From contig KZ538008.1 of assembly GCA_000934665.2 (NCBI GenBank), positions 1 through 64,000 on the forward strand: 64,000 bases of DNA, given 5' to 3'. The translations under genes were made by a program, and so were the position numbers. Positions 26,701 to 40,830 of this stretch are shown here, one piece after another. The notes below the pieces were generated by a model. It did not search any database, was not told the origin of the DNA, and saw only the letters and a list, made by a program, of their open reading frames with translations. Positions within the stretch are counted from its first letter, which is position 1, and each line of letters opens with the position of its first letter. This DNA is from Catajapyx aquilonaris. Taxonomy: Eukaryota.

Positions 26701-29700
26701 AACTTGGGTGTGCATTTTATTGCACACTTTTGCGCATAAAACGTGACATGCACTTTATTACTGGTGCGACTATATAACTATGTACAAAAGTGGTAATAAC
26801 GCGCAATACCGACTTGTAGATGGTATACGTTCATTTATAGACCACCTCTACCCAACTCTAGCTTTAAAATAATGTATGTACCTGACACAGGCTTACGCCC
26901 TGTTGCTTAACCCTCCCAACCGATTACCAGCCTCCTGGGCGTGGTAATGTTGTAAAAAAACCATTAACTCGTTGTCTGCATAACAATGCGTGATATGTAA
27001 CCGCGAACCTCACACAAAGGGGAGTTATACCTCGAGGAACTTGTTCTCCTGTCTTTCGTGCTCGCTGAACTGCAACAGCAGCCCTTCTTACCCTCGGTGG
27101 AATGAAACCAATTGCACCGTCATAAATGACAGCAACTCTCAAGTTGGCATAGTGAAACCTGGAGAGAAGAGCTCGGGTCGATACACGCCCGCCAGCACTG
27201 GATATATTGCAAATGCCACTAGTCTACCCCTCACGAGACAGCAAACTAACTTGTACTGCACTGCATGATACGAAACTTCTCATGTAGCATTGCAATTTCA
27301 ACGTTCCTTGAATTCTCTCCTAGAATCCGCACCCTGATATGTAACGTCAGCATTGAAATCAATCAACATGCATGTGGGTCCTACCACTGGCTAGTAGTAA
27401 TGGCGTATCCAGACCCGGTACATAAAAATAGTGAAGTGTGACTAGATTCGCACCCGATTCAATGAACACTGTCGCATTAACTCTCCATGACTTTTTTTTT
27501 CATATACGCCAGATAAAATGGTGTATTAAACACATTCCAGCCATTTTCCGTCCGTTAGCTAGGTCCGAAAGGCCCTAGCACAGCTGTGAGATTGCCAGGA
27601 AACGAGGTTAATTGCTCCGGCGCCTTCACTGTGACAGCTCCCAACCCTATACATGCATATAAATCTTGCTGATCTCATTTAGCCCATTTCCTCTCTGCCA
27701 ACATCACATGCGCCCGGAAACTGCATGGAATAATAACGCCGGGACTAATGGATTCGACATATGCAAGCCCTCCTACTTGGATCCAATATGTGTTGGGCAT
27801 TATTTGCAAATCCATCATTGCCCAAAGTAACACTATGCCTTAGTTGCCTCGGCTCTCCCAGATAACACTGAGAGCAGCAACAATCACGAAAATCACATTT
27901 TGAGCTAAACCGTCGGTGTCAACCTGCGAACAGATTATGGTACCTGGAAATTACTTTTTTAAATCTCATTTTGACCGGGTTACCATCGCCACCACGGTGG
28001 GCAATCATGGCTCCGAGATAATCTTATTAACTCTGTATAAAATATGAACTTAATATGGCAGTCAGATAAAGCGCGGATCTAGTTAGCCGGAGCTTATGCC
28101 TTGCAAAATAGTTTTAGGAGGCCCGCCTAGAGAACTTTGGCCCAAGCAGTAATGTCTCTTAATAAATGGGCCTTATACCGGGCTGTCATTTATTCCCCAC
28201 TCATAAAAGTCGCATTATACCTCTGGATTAGGTGTAAACTTGACATTATTGGCTTATGTATTACAATCTGATTTTTTTGCAACATATATTACATACTTTA
28301 AAATGATCAATGCATAATGTATTATCAAGTCTAGGAGCTTGCCTTACGTTAGCGAAGTACATTATACTGTGCAACTCCGTGGTGGGATTCAGCATCGCGC
28401 ACAGATGGATGCATATAAATCTTGCGCCTAGGGAGGATGGGAGGTCGTGGATGAGGCTCACTCCCTTTAGACCTCGTGCTTTTGGCACCACTATATAGGC
28501 AATGTTTGTGTATATGGCATTATGCATGCCCTCTGTTGTTAATGTTATGAGCCTTACATACATAGCCGATGGGAGCAAAAAATCGGTGTAGGCAAGACCG
28601 CAAAGAGCCAAACCACCTGCCGGGCTCCCACCTCCGCCTCTAATTATTATTTCACTCCCTATATTATCTTCTTCACATGTATGTGCTCATCTCCTCGTGT
28701 GCTTTATGTGTAATTAAATGCAGCACACTGTGGGAGATACTATAAAGGAAAATAGAGCCAGATTATACACTGATGTTGTTTTAAATACTGGGATGGCTCA
28801 GCGTTAAAAATTAATTAAGAAATGAATCCACTGGGTAGAACTTTTTGCGATCAACTTGAACTTTCATCAGAGAGTGTACGGTATGGCCGAATTTGAGGCT
28901 CGTACCGTTCCAAAATCAGCACTGTCAAACTTTATGCTACCAGGTGAGAAAGATAAGTAACAAGTTCCCATTGATATGGGGATGCTGGCATGCTTTTAGG
29001 CGTGACGAGAATTTACATAATATTTACAGTCAGTTGCCACGGCAACTGGAAATTGTGAAAGTTAATTTTCCCACAAGAGCCGCATAAAAGGCCGTTACCA
29101 TCGAAATTAGGTCACATATATCTTTGGCGCATTCCTTTACTGTTATGTTTTATCTGTACTTTAACATATTGTGTGATACATTACGTACAGTAGGTGACGT
29201 GACAGGTGGTAACACATGCACTTTGTTAGACACACCAGTCTACGAGTGTGAGAAGTCAGCCATTCTTAGCAGATGCCCGCATGTGACCCACCAAGTGTGC
29301 TACCTCTCAACAATCAGGAAACTTTCCAAGAACCGTCGTCGCCATGAACCCCCACTCTGTGTGCATGTCTTCCTGTCCGCTTGTCCCGTCCGAGCGTCCG
29401 TCAGCTCGCCACCCGACCGAGGACAAGCTGCCAGAGCTGTGAGGACAGTGACAACAAACTTTCACATGATGCTCATGAGAAGGTCAGCCAATTTAATCCA
29501 GATTAACACCCACTTCACAATCATTCGTAAACCAAGAAAATTTGCAACCGTGTTGGCAAGTTATACAGTACACAAAACTGCACACTTTTAAAATCGCACC
29601 TTCTAAACAAGTCAGGAAAAACCAACAAACCCGCCACTAACATTCCTTCCCATGTCTGAGGAAATCGATACCACCCAGAATTGCTAGATTGTGGACGAAA

Positions 29701-30551
29701 CACTAACTGATGACGAGCACCGATGAAATCCGGTATGCCAATCTCGCCTGGCGTTTCGGATATCCCAAACGACCAGGATTTCAAATTAAATTTCTACCAA
29801 CAGTTATTATCACACAGCTTCCTGCAAAACTGTAAACTCGCTTTGATAAAAACACGAGTACTGCTCATGCCCCGGAACTTCTTCCCACACCGTATCCTTA
29901 GAATTAATTCCGCGAATCTACATCCAGCCCGCCCACTCTCCAAATTGGAGAAAGGGGTGGCCTCAATACTGCTTAACTAGCATCGTTCCCTGTGATTGGT
30001 AGTGATATTTAATAATACATGACAGAAGCAGTTTTCCAAATAAAAGGGCTACGACCAACTTTGAAGCCGCTGGTGGGATTATTATCCGGACGTCAAGCTG
30101 ACACTAATACTACCCTGTATAGGGGGGGGCGCAGGGAGCCTGATTTTAATGAAGGTGATCCGAAGAGCTTCCTGATAGGATAAAGGTGGAGCAGATAGAA
30201 AATTGGCAAGAGCCGGGTAGCGTAGAAAAGGGAAGGTCTCTGATTAGACCAAGCTGCCATCACTAAATGAGCTACCACTGTGCAGCCTCCTTGGCTATGG
30301 AACCAGCAGAGGGCCAGGGTAATGCGAACTATTGATTTCGCAATCATTACCATCACTATTCGCAGGGATTGCTTCCAGCACAATTTCCTCATTTGGCCGT
30401 AATGTAACCACGCTGGAATGGCCTCCAGAGATAGATAACCTACTATAGCTCTGCATTTTTGTCCGACACCCGCACAACAGCTCTAAACACTCATTTACAC
30501 CCTACATTTTTTTCTTGGTCGCTGATGGCAGGTGTGAACCCCACCCTCTAG

Positions 30552-30576
30552 CCATACCTGTACATAAAACGAATTG
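30552..30576 (-). other. Candidate recursive splice site, junction 30558/30557 (ttcgttttatgtacag|gtatgg)
   Basis: Juxtaposed 3' and 5' splice motifs on the dlg1 sense strand; moderate pyrimidine tract and donor. Confidence 0.3.
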
Positions 30577-32699
30577 GCTGATACTATAGCGCGAAAAACA
30601 ATTCGCGAGCCATAGCCGAATGTGCAAATTAGTCGGCATGGCCAGAACGTCGGGGTCATTTGCATATTCGGTGGTGGCAACTCCGACTGGATGGGGAAAT
30701 CAGCGCGTGTAGTGTGCTGACTGCACTGTACACATATAGCCAGCGCTTTCCCCTGCTACACGCATGACGGCCGTGTAATTTTATTAACAATGGACACACA
30801 TCGGGTTGTCGGGTGTATAATGCGAATATACGTCCGCTGTCCGTTCCCCGAATATACACACACCGCTCCCGATACTGAAAGCAATGTTCAGTGCATATGA
30901 GACATTACTCATGCATTATCAATCCCGAGTTCATTTAACTGGCATCCCTTTTCTTGTTGTCCGCGGTTCAAATGATCATCCGCTGACTTTTGTCCCAGGC
31001 GGCTCGTTTTTCTCTAATCAGTCGCCTTTTTCACTCCGCTCGTGGGTAACGCGATTTGTCAACACCTTTTATCTCTTTTGAGAACCCCCCCTCTTGCTGT
31101 CTGACATGGATGAACGCCGCTCAAGCACGGGGGGGCCAAAAAACTCGCAAATTTTACGCACAACCAGCCCGGCAACACTGCTCTGGGGATATCGAACCGA
31201 ACTGGGTTCAAGTGCATCCCTGCATCTACACCAGTCGAAACCCAAAGTTGCCCCGTATTTTCTCCCAAAATTCTGTGTTTACAACCCGGCAGCACATAAC
31301 CTTAAAAAAAAAATAGTAACCGGACTTTTAATTCCGTGAATAGCCAGGTCACCAAGATTGCACCAGTTTCGCACCCAGAAAAAAAATTAATAACTTTACC
31401 CAAATTACACGGTGCGGACTAGTTTACTGCACGCATAGGGAGTGCTGTAATCCAAAACTGCATATTCTGCAGGCGGAGTAACAATCCGTAACCGCGTTTT
31501 CATGATGATGAATAGGGCATTAAAAGTGGCGCCCCAGAACAAAAAAAAGAGAAGGTTCCAATTACTGTCTGCAAGAGAGGAAGTAAAGGTAAAAAGCGAG
31601 AGAAGCGACGTTAACACGACGGCTTTTCCGGCTCGCTTTAATTCTTACTTCATACATTACAGTTATTGCGAGGGTATCATTGCGGGAGTAACTGTGGGCC
31701 CAAAGGAGCTTAATATCCCATAACATTGTACGAGCCCACGGAAGAGAACCACGGGGGGTTTTCCTCTTCTCTTTTTTTGGGAGGGGGGGAGGGGGGTAGA
31801 TGGGAAGGGTCTCTCTCATTTGCGCCACCCTCTGGACCATTGGTTCTACCTCGGCGAGAGGGCAAAATGAAACCCATTCTTCCTGGGCAAGAACTCCCAA
31901 ATAGCTCCAGGCTTTGCTCCCTCGGTATGTCGTTTTCTTGGCTGTGGCAAGCAAGACCAACCCCCGTCCCCGTTTTTCCAGCTTGTTCTTGGTCCTATTT
32001 CTTCGCTGCCGCTGTGTTGTATCCAAAGTGCTCCGTAAAGTTGTTTCCCTATCGAGCCGGTGCTTTAAAAGGTTGTGGCGGATGCAATTTCGACAAATTT
32101 CGACAAATTTACGACTGCACCGTTTTCGTTGGATTCGACCCAAGGTGATGGTCATGGCCTAAAGTTTGGACTGGTGCAATTCAATTGCAGGTTCTGCTGA
32201 AATTGGATGCTGGCAGGCACAGCTACTGAAGATGCAAGGTGTTGATATCAAATTCAACAAGCATCACGTTTATCTGCATGATTCTGAAATCTAAATAGAG
32301 ACTAAAACAAAGCTGCTGTATTAGGCAGCATATATGGCATCGTACAAAGGGTATCGAGGCAGTGAGCGACCACCCATTATATCCAAGTTTTCAATGAGCA
32401 TTGTACTACTGTACAACAACAAGTGCCACAAGCTACCAGCATTGTACTACGGAGAACTATTACCACAGAAATACTTGTGTAACAATGAAATAACGTATAG
32501 TACAATTTTTTTATTACACTTCCAATGTTATCACGGTTATCATAAGCATGGGCCAATTTAATTCTCCACCCTCAACTTTTCTCCTCACACACTACTAATC
32601 CGCCCTGTCATTACAATAATTACACCTCCTAATTCCACCAACCCGATTCCCCACGATGTTGCAAACCACCCCAACAAGCAATTCACCACACAGAATAAT

Positions 32700-33000
32700 A
32701 ATTCATCTCTGCAAGGAACATTCCTAGATTGCGCAAGTGGGCTCTCTCCCAAAACCAGAGGAAATGACGCCCTACCATGCCTGCTTGGCTCTGCATGTGG
32801 ACCTCGTTAGTTAGCAATCCCCGATGGCAACCCAAGTACACAAGAGGACGTCCTCCTCCTCTAGGCAATTCCGATCCGGATAGACAGCGGGTCCCATCGC
32901 AGAAAATTCGCCACATTATCGATCCCCATGCGGGAGGGGTCAGAGGAGCGTTTTGCACACAAATGAAGTTAATTCGGTGGCAGAGTTCCGGTTATACATG
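32700..33000 (-). mobile_element. Possible LINE RNase H relic
   Basis: IFCDG...LVYLGCHRGLLTNEV (cf. LxWxPGHxGxxGNE); weak, by eye. Confidence 0.25.
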
Positions 33001-36000
33001 GTGCGCAGCAGCGCTCCTCCGATACACCCTATAGTTCACCAGCACATGGAAAATCATTACCAGCCAACCCGGCGACAAATTTTTATCGCTCTGGAAAAGT
33101 GCAGCTGCATTTTTGTCGCGCGATATTTCAGACCGGGATAAATCAATGGTGGCAGCTTACTAATTAGACACCTAACCCCCTGCGCCTGCTGCATTCAGAA
33201 CCCTGGGTTTATATTCGGTATCGGTTTCGAAAAGCGGGTTCCGAAAAGTTACTCATCAATTGTAGGATGTTTGCTAAGGGAGAGATAAGGTGAGTGCAAT
33301 GGTATATAGAAAAGTACTTCACATCGCCAATATCGGAAATTGATCGCACCAAATATCGAATATCGCTCAACCACATCGATATTCAATATATTGAAATACA
33401 TTCCAGGGAAACTCTCACGGAGTAAATCGAGCACATCGGTCATGCCTTCCCTGGCCACTATGCAATCATCGGTACTCCGGTTCACCAATTGACATATGTA
33501 CTAATCCTGCACAGCTGCGCGAATCTATTGCCTTCAACCACACAACACACACATATCATATTTCCATTAGCAGGTTTGCCGCGGTTTTTCGCCATCAATT
33601 TATGAGCAAGCCGTAACGGCCTGTGATGTAAATGTATAGGGTCGATTAATATCTTTCGTATTTATCAAAAGTGAATACGTCTTTATTTAGATATTTGTGG
33701 CCCAGCCCCAAACATGCTAATGAGGTTCACGTATCGTTTATGAGCATAATAATTAGGCTGTCAGGTGCATCTGCCCATATGCCTTACAAGTCCAGTACAT
33801 GACAGTACTTATACGTAATGCTCCATGCAATTGCTCAAATGTTGGACTACTATTATTTTTGTTAATGATTGTCAACATGATGCCATTAAAACAAAGGCAA
33901 CAAGCAGGCCCATTTTCATTGTTTTCCCTCTGGCATATAAACAAAGCAAGGCCCTTTTATATAAAACAATTAGAGAAATGACAAGTACATTGTTAATTTT
34001 TGTGTTTAAATTTTTTGATACCGCCCAAAGCTGGGTTTTTATTGATGAAATTTCACCAGGATACTTTGTATTCGGCTTTTGTTGTTGTTGTTTTGCCCAG
34101 ATAGTATATGTAGATTTTTCCAACCAAAATCGAGGGAATTATTCGTACTGTTGCAGAGGTCAAAAACGGGCAATCGCTTGCGCCTAAATTATAGAGCTCC
34201 TGCTGTAATTAGTAAAATTTCAACTTTCATTACTGGGGAAATTAACCAGGGAAATTTATTACTGATCATAATCTAATTTATCGCGAACACCACTTCCCTA
34301 CTACACCATCCCAATCAGGATAATTACAAAATATCATTCGGCCACAACTACGCCAGAGGAATACCACACGATACAAACTCGCACCACCACACCATGCTGC
34401 CAAATGCACCCATATTAACCAAACCCACTTGCTAAGATAATTTTTACACACCTTCCCCAGCAAAAGTCGCGTCGAGATACCAGCTTGAGTTAAACTAACT
34501 TCCTATACAGAACCCAATAAATAGCAAGTGATAACCCCTTTAAATGGACTAACGTCGTGAACCGTGTGAGATAGCCCCATTTTGTTAGGCGAGGAGTTCC
34601 TCTCTCGAGAAGATCCGAGTTTACTCATATCGACCTAAGCCTCGGCGGTACTAAAAGAGCGAGAAAGGATGATAATAGTACTCTCCCAGAAAAAGGAGCT
34701 AAGAGAACGGGAGGAAAAGACACAAAAAAACACCCAAGTCCAAAAGCCATTATCGATACATCTCTCTCTTTCGCTTATTGGAACAATGTATCATTGCCAC
34801 TTCAATCTCCTGTTTGCACAATCTCCCTCCCCTTTTATTGGCTTAATTAATGGACCTGTTGGCAGCTGATTTGGCGCTGCAACCATTTTACAACACGCTG
34901 TATTATTTGCTGTGGAGATTTAATCGCCACACCTTCATTTGCATCAAATTGTTTACCTCCAGGGGTGTTCCAGTCCCGATGCGGAATCAACCTTTTTAGC
35001 ATCCTTGTGTATACCATGGAGGGAGGAGGATTAATGCTCTCCGACAGTGGTTTCCATCCCGGATTCCTGATGGAAGACGACGTTTCCGCCTCAAATACCC
35101 GCAGTTCTCCAGAATTTTACGGCCATTTTTCCTCCTGGTGTAGGCAGCACAGCAAAATTGGCCCAAGTTTTTTTTATCTCCCAAATCCTCCCTAAGAGCT
35201 AAAAAAAAAAAAAAAATCGCACCAGGTTGCTTAAAAGGCCATAGCGCCTCGTCAAATCTCCTCGCAATTTCTTAGCTTACGTGCAGGAACGCCTTCCACC
35301 TCCACACTTTTCAACGAACTTCCAAATTTGGCCTGCCTATAATCCTTTTGACGACGTCAGCAAGATGCTCTCCGACGTAAACTTCAGACCTCTGAGCTCA
35401 GTATGCAGGTGACTTTGACATGTATCTGGTAAACTTGTTGTTCAGCGGCTTCTTGAATTCTTCTCTCTCAAACTATTGGGTTTCTAGATTGATTGACTGC
35501 TGGCTGAGGTAATAACGTATCGACTATTTTCAACTGTTCCCACCGGTAACACACGGCACTACCCCTCCAAAAAGTCATTTAAGACTCAATTCCACCCAGC
35601 GGTTATCTCAAGTTCGCATCCCTGATAAATCACCATTTCCAATAGCGCACACAAAAGGTATTAGCAGCTATCCCCCATTATCCACCCAAAATGAAGCCGT
35701 GGAGACTCATTCATCCGGCAGGACCAGCCAAGATAGTCCCGGGCATCTTTTTGCTGCCCCTTGGCCCCATCCCTGCCTATTCAGGCCTCCGATAATCAAC
35801 ACCGTTGCAAATGGGGCCCAAGAGGCTCCCAAAAGCCTGGCTTGGCCCCCCCCATCCCAAACATCCTGGATCGCCCCAACGCCCAAACTGCATCCATCAG
35901 GCCCTCCCCTGCTCTCACTCTCACTTCTATTTCTCCTTTTTTTGTGTACTCCCTGTAATTACATCAGAGGGGCCTTGGGAGGATGCCGCCTGGATGCAGA

Positions 36001-39000
36001 CGTTAAATCCAGCCAATAGCTATGGGCTTTGCGGGGGATAAGAAATACAAGTTTGCTTCCAATGAATGTTTCCGGTTAAATCTTGTGCCAAACGCAACCA
36101 ACCCTCATTAGGAATAATAGGCATGAATCTGGCCGAAAAGACTGTCATTAATTACCCGAGTTAAAAAAAAAAAACCGTGGCGCCCAATCGGCGTGCACTT
36201 GAAAGCTTTTGATGGAAGACTTGCGCTTTAAAAAGAATCATAATGTAGGTGTGTTATTTCCAGCAAATTCTTATACTCCCCTGCTCTTCAGTCATTGTCA
36301 GCTTTTAGCCCAGAAACAAAAGTTATCTCTGCTGAGCTCCCACCCCCCACCCTCCACAAAGTTCCTAGGGTATAAGGAAGAAAAATGCGCCTAAGTGCAA
36401 AAACTTTCTGCAGAAATCCAAAACAGTTTCGCAGCGTCGGTAAAAATCCCAACCTCCTAACACGATTCTGCTTTTTATTTTGTGTGTGGAAAGATGAAGA
36501 ACTGCTACCATCGTTTCATCATCCCTGCAAGTGAGGTACACACTATGACAGAACAACAGCCACACCATTGAGTTGAATAGTAAGCTTAAAATATAGGCCA
36601 CATCTGTGCAAGTCGAGGACCGGCCAAGCCTGTGCAGCCCCCCCCCCCCCNNCCCCCCCCCCCATCGCGGACCACTGTGACATTTCCCGCATCCACAAGA
36701 TGGAGTTAGATTGCAGTTGGCAGTTTTCCCTACAGATGGCGTTGGAACCTGGAGGGAGGTGTGCAGGCTTGTAGTCAGTCGTAATGTAGCCGGATACGAT
36801 GCTATTATGTTGCTGGTTATTGGACCTCGAGTGACTGCGAAGTACCTGGCTGAAAGGCAGGCCAATTTTGCTCATGCTACCTCTAATATGACCTGTGTAA
36901 CTTAGGGACGGGCCATTTTATTCCCCGCCAGGCTTTTTTTTATATATCCTCCCTCTCAGTATTACAAAGGGAATTAATCATTCCAAGTTTGTTCCTGGGG
37001 CGTCGTCTGGAATCAATAAAGAAGCGCCACCCCAGGTCCTGCAGGGGTCGATTTCGCCGAGATTTTCCTCCCAATACCTGCTATTTTTCAGAGCAAGATG
37101 GAGAGCGCTGGACGGAGGCGGAAGCTCGACAACAAAAACTCGAAAAGGTATTGGTGGCGGCGCAGACATCAAAGGGTAAAATGCGATGCTATCCACTTTT
37201 CAGTGACGTCGCTTTCCCTGCAGCTATACATTCCTGACAAAGACCGGTCCTCTTCTTACAACCAATCGATCCCATCCACATCTTCTCTCTTTCGAGTCCA
37301 ACTTGCAAGAAATTGAATCCTTCACATTTTTTGGGGGGTCCCTGTCAATTTCAAATCGTGGGAGGGGAAAAAATAGTGGGTACATGCGGTGATTCAGGAG
37401 AGACATCAACTTGACACTGTTACAGCCTGTTCCGCCGGACGGTTGAAAATGGGCGCAAGTTTCACAACTCCTTTTTTTTTTTTGCAAAAAAAATTATTGA
37501 GCCGTGTATAAAAGCCCTGGAGTTGTTCCAGCGGGTTCAACTTTTTGCTCCCGGAAACAATGTCTTACGGCCAGAGTGCTGTGGAGCAGGTTGTTGTGGA
37601 TGATGAGGTTTTAGCTCCCCCCGATCCTGCCCTCAGCAGTGCGGTGGCCTATCATACTAGCTACGAACTGTAGCTTAACAAAATACTGGCCACTATACTA
37701 ATTTTCATAATTGGTTTCTCACATTACAATGTATTCATCGCTAAATGCATTCATTAGAAATATTAACGCAGAATTGTATTAATAATAAGCAGATTTACAA
37801 AATCAGCTTATGAATTGTTGACTACACGTGATTGGCAGCTTACCACATGTTGCATGTTTAGTATACAATTCAAAACACGATTAATTTTTGGGGGGTACAG
37901 AGTAGAGCAAGTATAGGTTCAGTCCAACGACCCCGTTTCACACCCAATTAATATGCAGGACTACCCCCTCGACATGATGCAATCGACAATTATTTTTTTT
38001 ACCAAGACCCAAAATTTTGCATAATTAGATTCGGCCCTGAATGCCCCTCCTGGACCAATATCTTTCTCGTTGTTTGGCTTTTGAATTTTTCAAATTATGC
38101 TTCATGCAAGTCACCGATTCACTGTATCTAGTTAACCTCTGTTTGTGCTCTTGATTGCTAATGGTAGGCTTCGAATGTTTGCACAATAAGTGCGCAATTA
38201 CAATTTGTACCAGAGCCATTATGATTATAATCAGGGTCGGGCCGCGTGTAATTGTTCTATAGATTATTCATGCAACTCGGTAGACCGCATGTGTGTCCCC
38301 CTGAACCCTGCCTTTTTTTTCACCATCAGGCTTTACACCCACCAGAAAGATTGGAGCAGTCGCAATCAAATCACACGGCCAACCGCACAAATGGCACCCA
38401 TCTTTCCTCCCGTTAAAAATCGGCCATTTTCACACCCCCCATCTCTCACAAACTTCCATGTCGCCCTCCGCATTAAATCGGTCCCAATATTTAGAACCCC
38501 ATTCATATTTTATTAACGAAGTAATTCAATTCGCTGATTGCCCCCGCGGATTCAGGAAAAGGAGTTCCCCCCCAGCCTATCTACCGAGGAAGCGACATCA
38601 AAGGCCAATAGAATTAGGCTGCGAACACGGCGCCAGGTTCACATATCGGCCTGGAATATCTTGCTCTAGCCTCCACCCACACACTGCTGCTAGAGGGGGG
38701 TCATTTTCCATTCCATGCAAAATGGCAAAACGTCTGGAAACGCCATGGCAGCCACAGACTCTAATTGTGCCTACTTATTCAATTTTGGAACCGGGGCTGA
38801 GGGAGGTGGAAGGGTAAGGGTGGGTGGTGTTCCTTGAATGCGTCTCTAAATGAAATCGGGCAAGGCGACGGGAGCAGCTTCTTGCGTCCTGAATGGAGGC
38901 CGCGGGGTCATTTGTACAAATTCCAGCAAAGCGTGGAGATGGAGGAGGAGGAATCTTTTGTTCCATTCGCTCCCACTGCCGGGCGCCAAACTTGCCCTGG

Positions 39001-40806
39001 AGGTGCCTGCCACTTGGCACACTAGCGGATAATTATCTCAAGGATAATTATCCCCATGGGAAGCAGCCAAGGTACACTCCTGCCCAAGAAATGAACTACG
39101 CTACAATATTATGCAACACACGTATGTATATCCGTTATTAGCCCTGTTATGTCAGGCCGTCACGCTAATACCACCCTGATAAGAATTTGATGCGCATTAC
39201 CTGACCGCCGGAGTGGTGTTTTAGCATAAATCCATGTAATGCTGCCAATCCATACAAGGATGTATTGTACCCTGCAGCACGCACAGTGCTACAGTGCTGT
39301 TAAAACCAACGTAAAGCAGATGCTATCTTGACGAGGTGGCACCACGCACTTTGCGGTTTGCAGATTAACAATGAGGCAACATCTAATTACATCTGCCCGT
39401 TTGTGACCCATACGTGACAGTACAGTACGCCCCATAGCATATACAAACTTTACACAAATGACGCAACCTCCTAATTAACGAACGGCCGACAGTTGTTCGT
39501 TACCTCTAAAAAAATCCTCCAGGGTATCAATAAATCCCTCTTTAAGAATACCCCCAACCAGCTGCGTCCTACCTCATTATCCGGTTTTATACACCAGAAA
39601 AATGAGGCTCCCGGAAGTACAGCCAGGTACAAAATGTGGCACCGGAAGGTTCCACCTGGCTCTCCCCCCCTCTAGCTACACGCCTCAAATGAGTCCGGAT
39701 CCCCGGACAAATGGGATGCGGGGCAGGTGCGCGCATGAAACTCCAGGAGCCTTCTGAGATGGTCGCCAATGTTCCGCCTGCTTGCCTCCTTATGGGCTCC
39801 GGAATGTGCGCCCCGGATACAAGGGCCGAACTCTTAATGGCCGAATCATCCTTAATATACTGTGTACCTGCCGCCATCAAACGGGGCCGTGACGCCAGAG
39901 CCAAATCCGAATGAAATTCCGCCTAAATTTTTTAAAAAGCGTAGCTGAAAATTCAAATGGGGGTTACGCCAAATTAACGGTCGTGTCCCCCAGGCAGTGT
40001 CCCAAATTACGGGGGGCCTCCCCGGATTTTCCCTTAATGTGGCGTACATTTGCTAATTTTTTAGTCAATTGTGAGGGGGTTGCGGTTGATGCGAGAAAAA
40101 TGACCTGATGAGGATATACCGACACTAAGCATGGCTCTATTAACTTTCGGGCGCCTTTTTTCTTGGGATCGTTATGGTGGCGGTGGGCAGGGGGACGGAG
40201 GGGGGGGGGGGACGGAGGGAGGAAATTCCCCAGAATTAACTGAGCATTAATCAACGTCACCAAAGCTAATCCCCCTGGCTTCATAGTTGAGCTCGTTGCG
40301 CACGATCCCTGTTCAACTCCGGCTGCTCATCTTGAAATTAACCGTGCACCAATCTAATGCCTATTATATGGAATGATCAAAATGTATACCAACAACAAAG
40401 TATTTGATTACACATTACACCATTTTGTCAATAATTTCGCCAATTTCAAATCAATACACGAACAGAATCTTCCCACGATAAATTTTCACGCGGTAACAAC
40501 CTGTGAAAATGACAGTTGGACTAAAAATTGGAGGGATGATATTTGCCCCGGCTTATTTCAATCTGCAGTTAAAATCCGGACACTTTCGCCCCGTCGATCC
40601 TAATTTCCTAAAAGTACTTAAAAAAAAAAATGTCCCACCTCGATCCGGGGGACGAAGTTTCTACGGAGAATCGGCTGTCGCTACTTTATCTTTTCCCGCT
40701 AAAATCCAAGAGATCAATTCGGTTCCCATCCGCTACTCTGGGCAAAAGTTAAATGAACCTTTCGGTATGGAGGGGAGAGCCTGGTAATGGAAAATTCCCC
40801 CAAAGC

Positions 40807-40830
40807 TCTTACCTGAAATGCAAAAAAATT
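40807..40830 (-). other. Candidate recursive splice site, junction 40813/40812 (aatttttttgcatttcag|gtaaga)
   Basis: Strong T-rich tract with TTTCAG directly followed by GTAAGA on the dlg1 sense strand. Confidence 0.5.

Noticed and set aside
28385..28399. GFSIA peptide resembling the PDZ1 GLGFSIAGG loop
   Set aside because: Plus strand (opposite to dlg1), flanks are not PDZ-like, no splice context; chance match.
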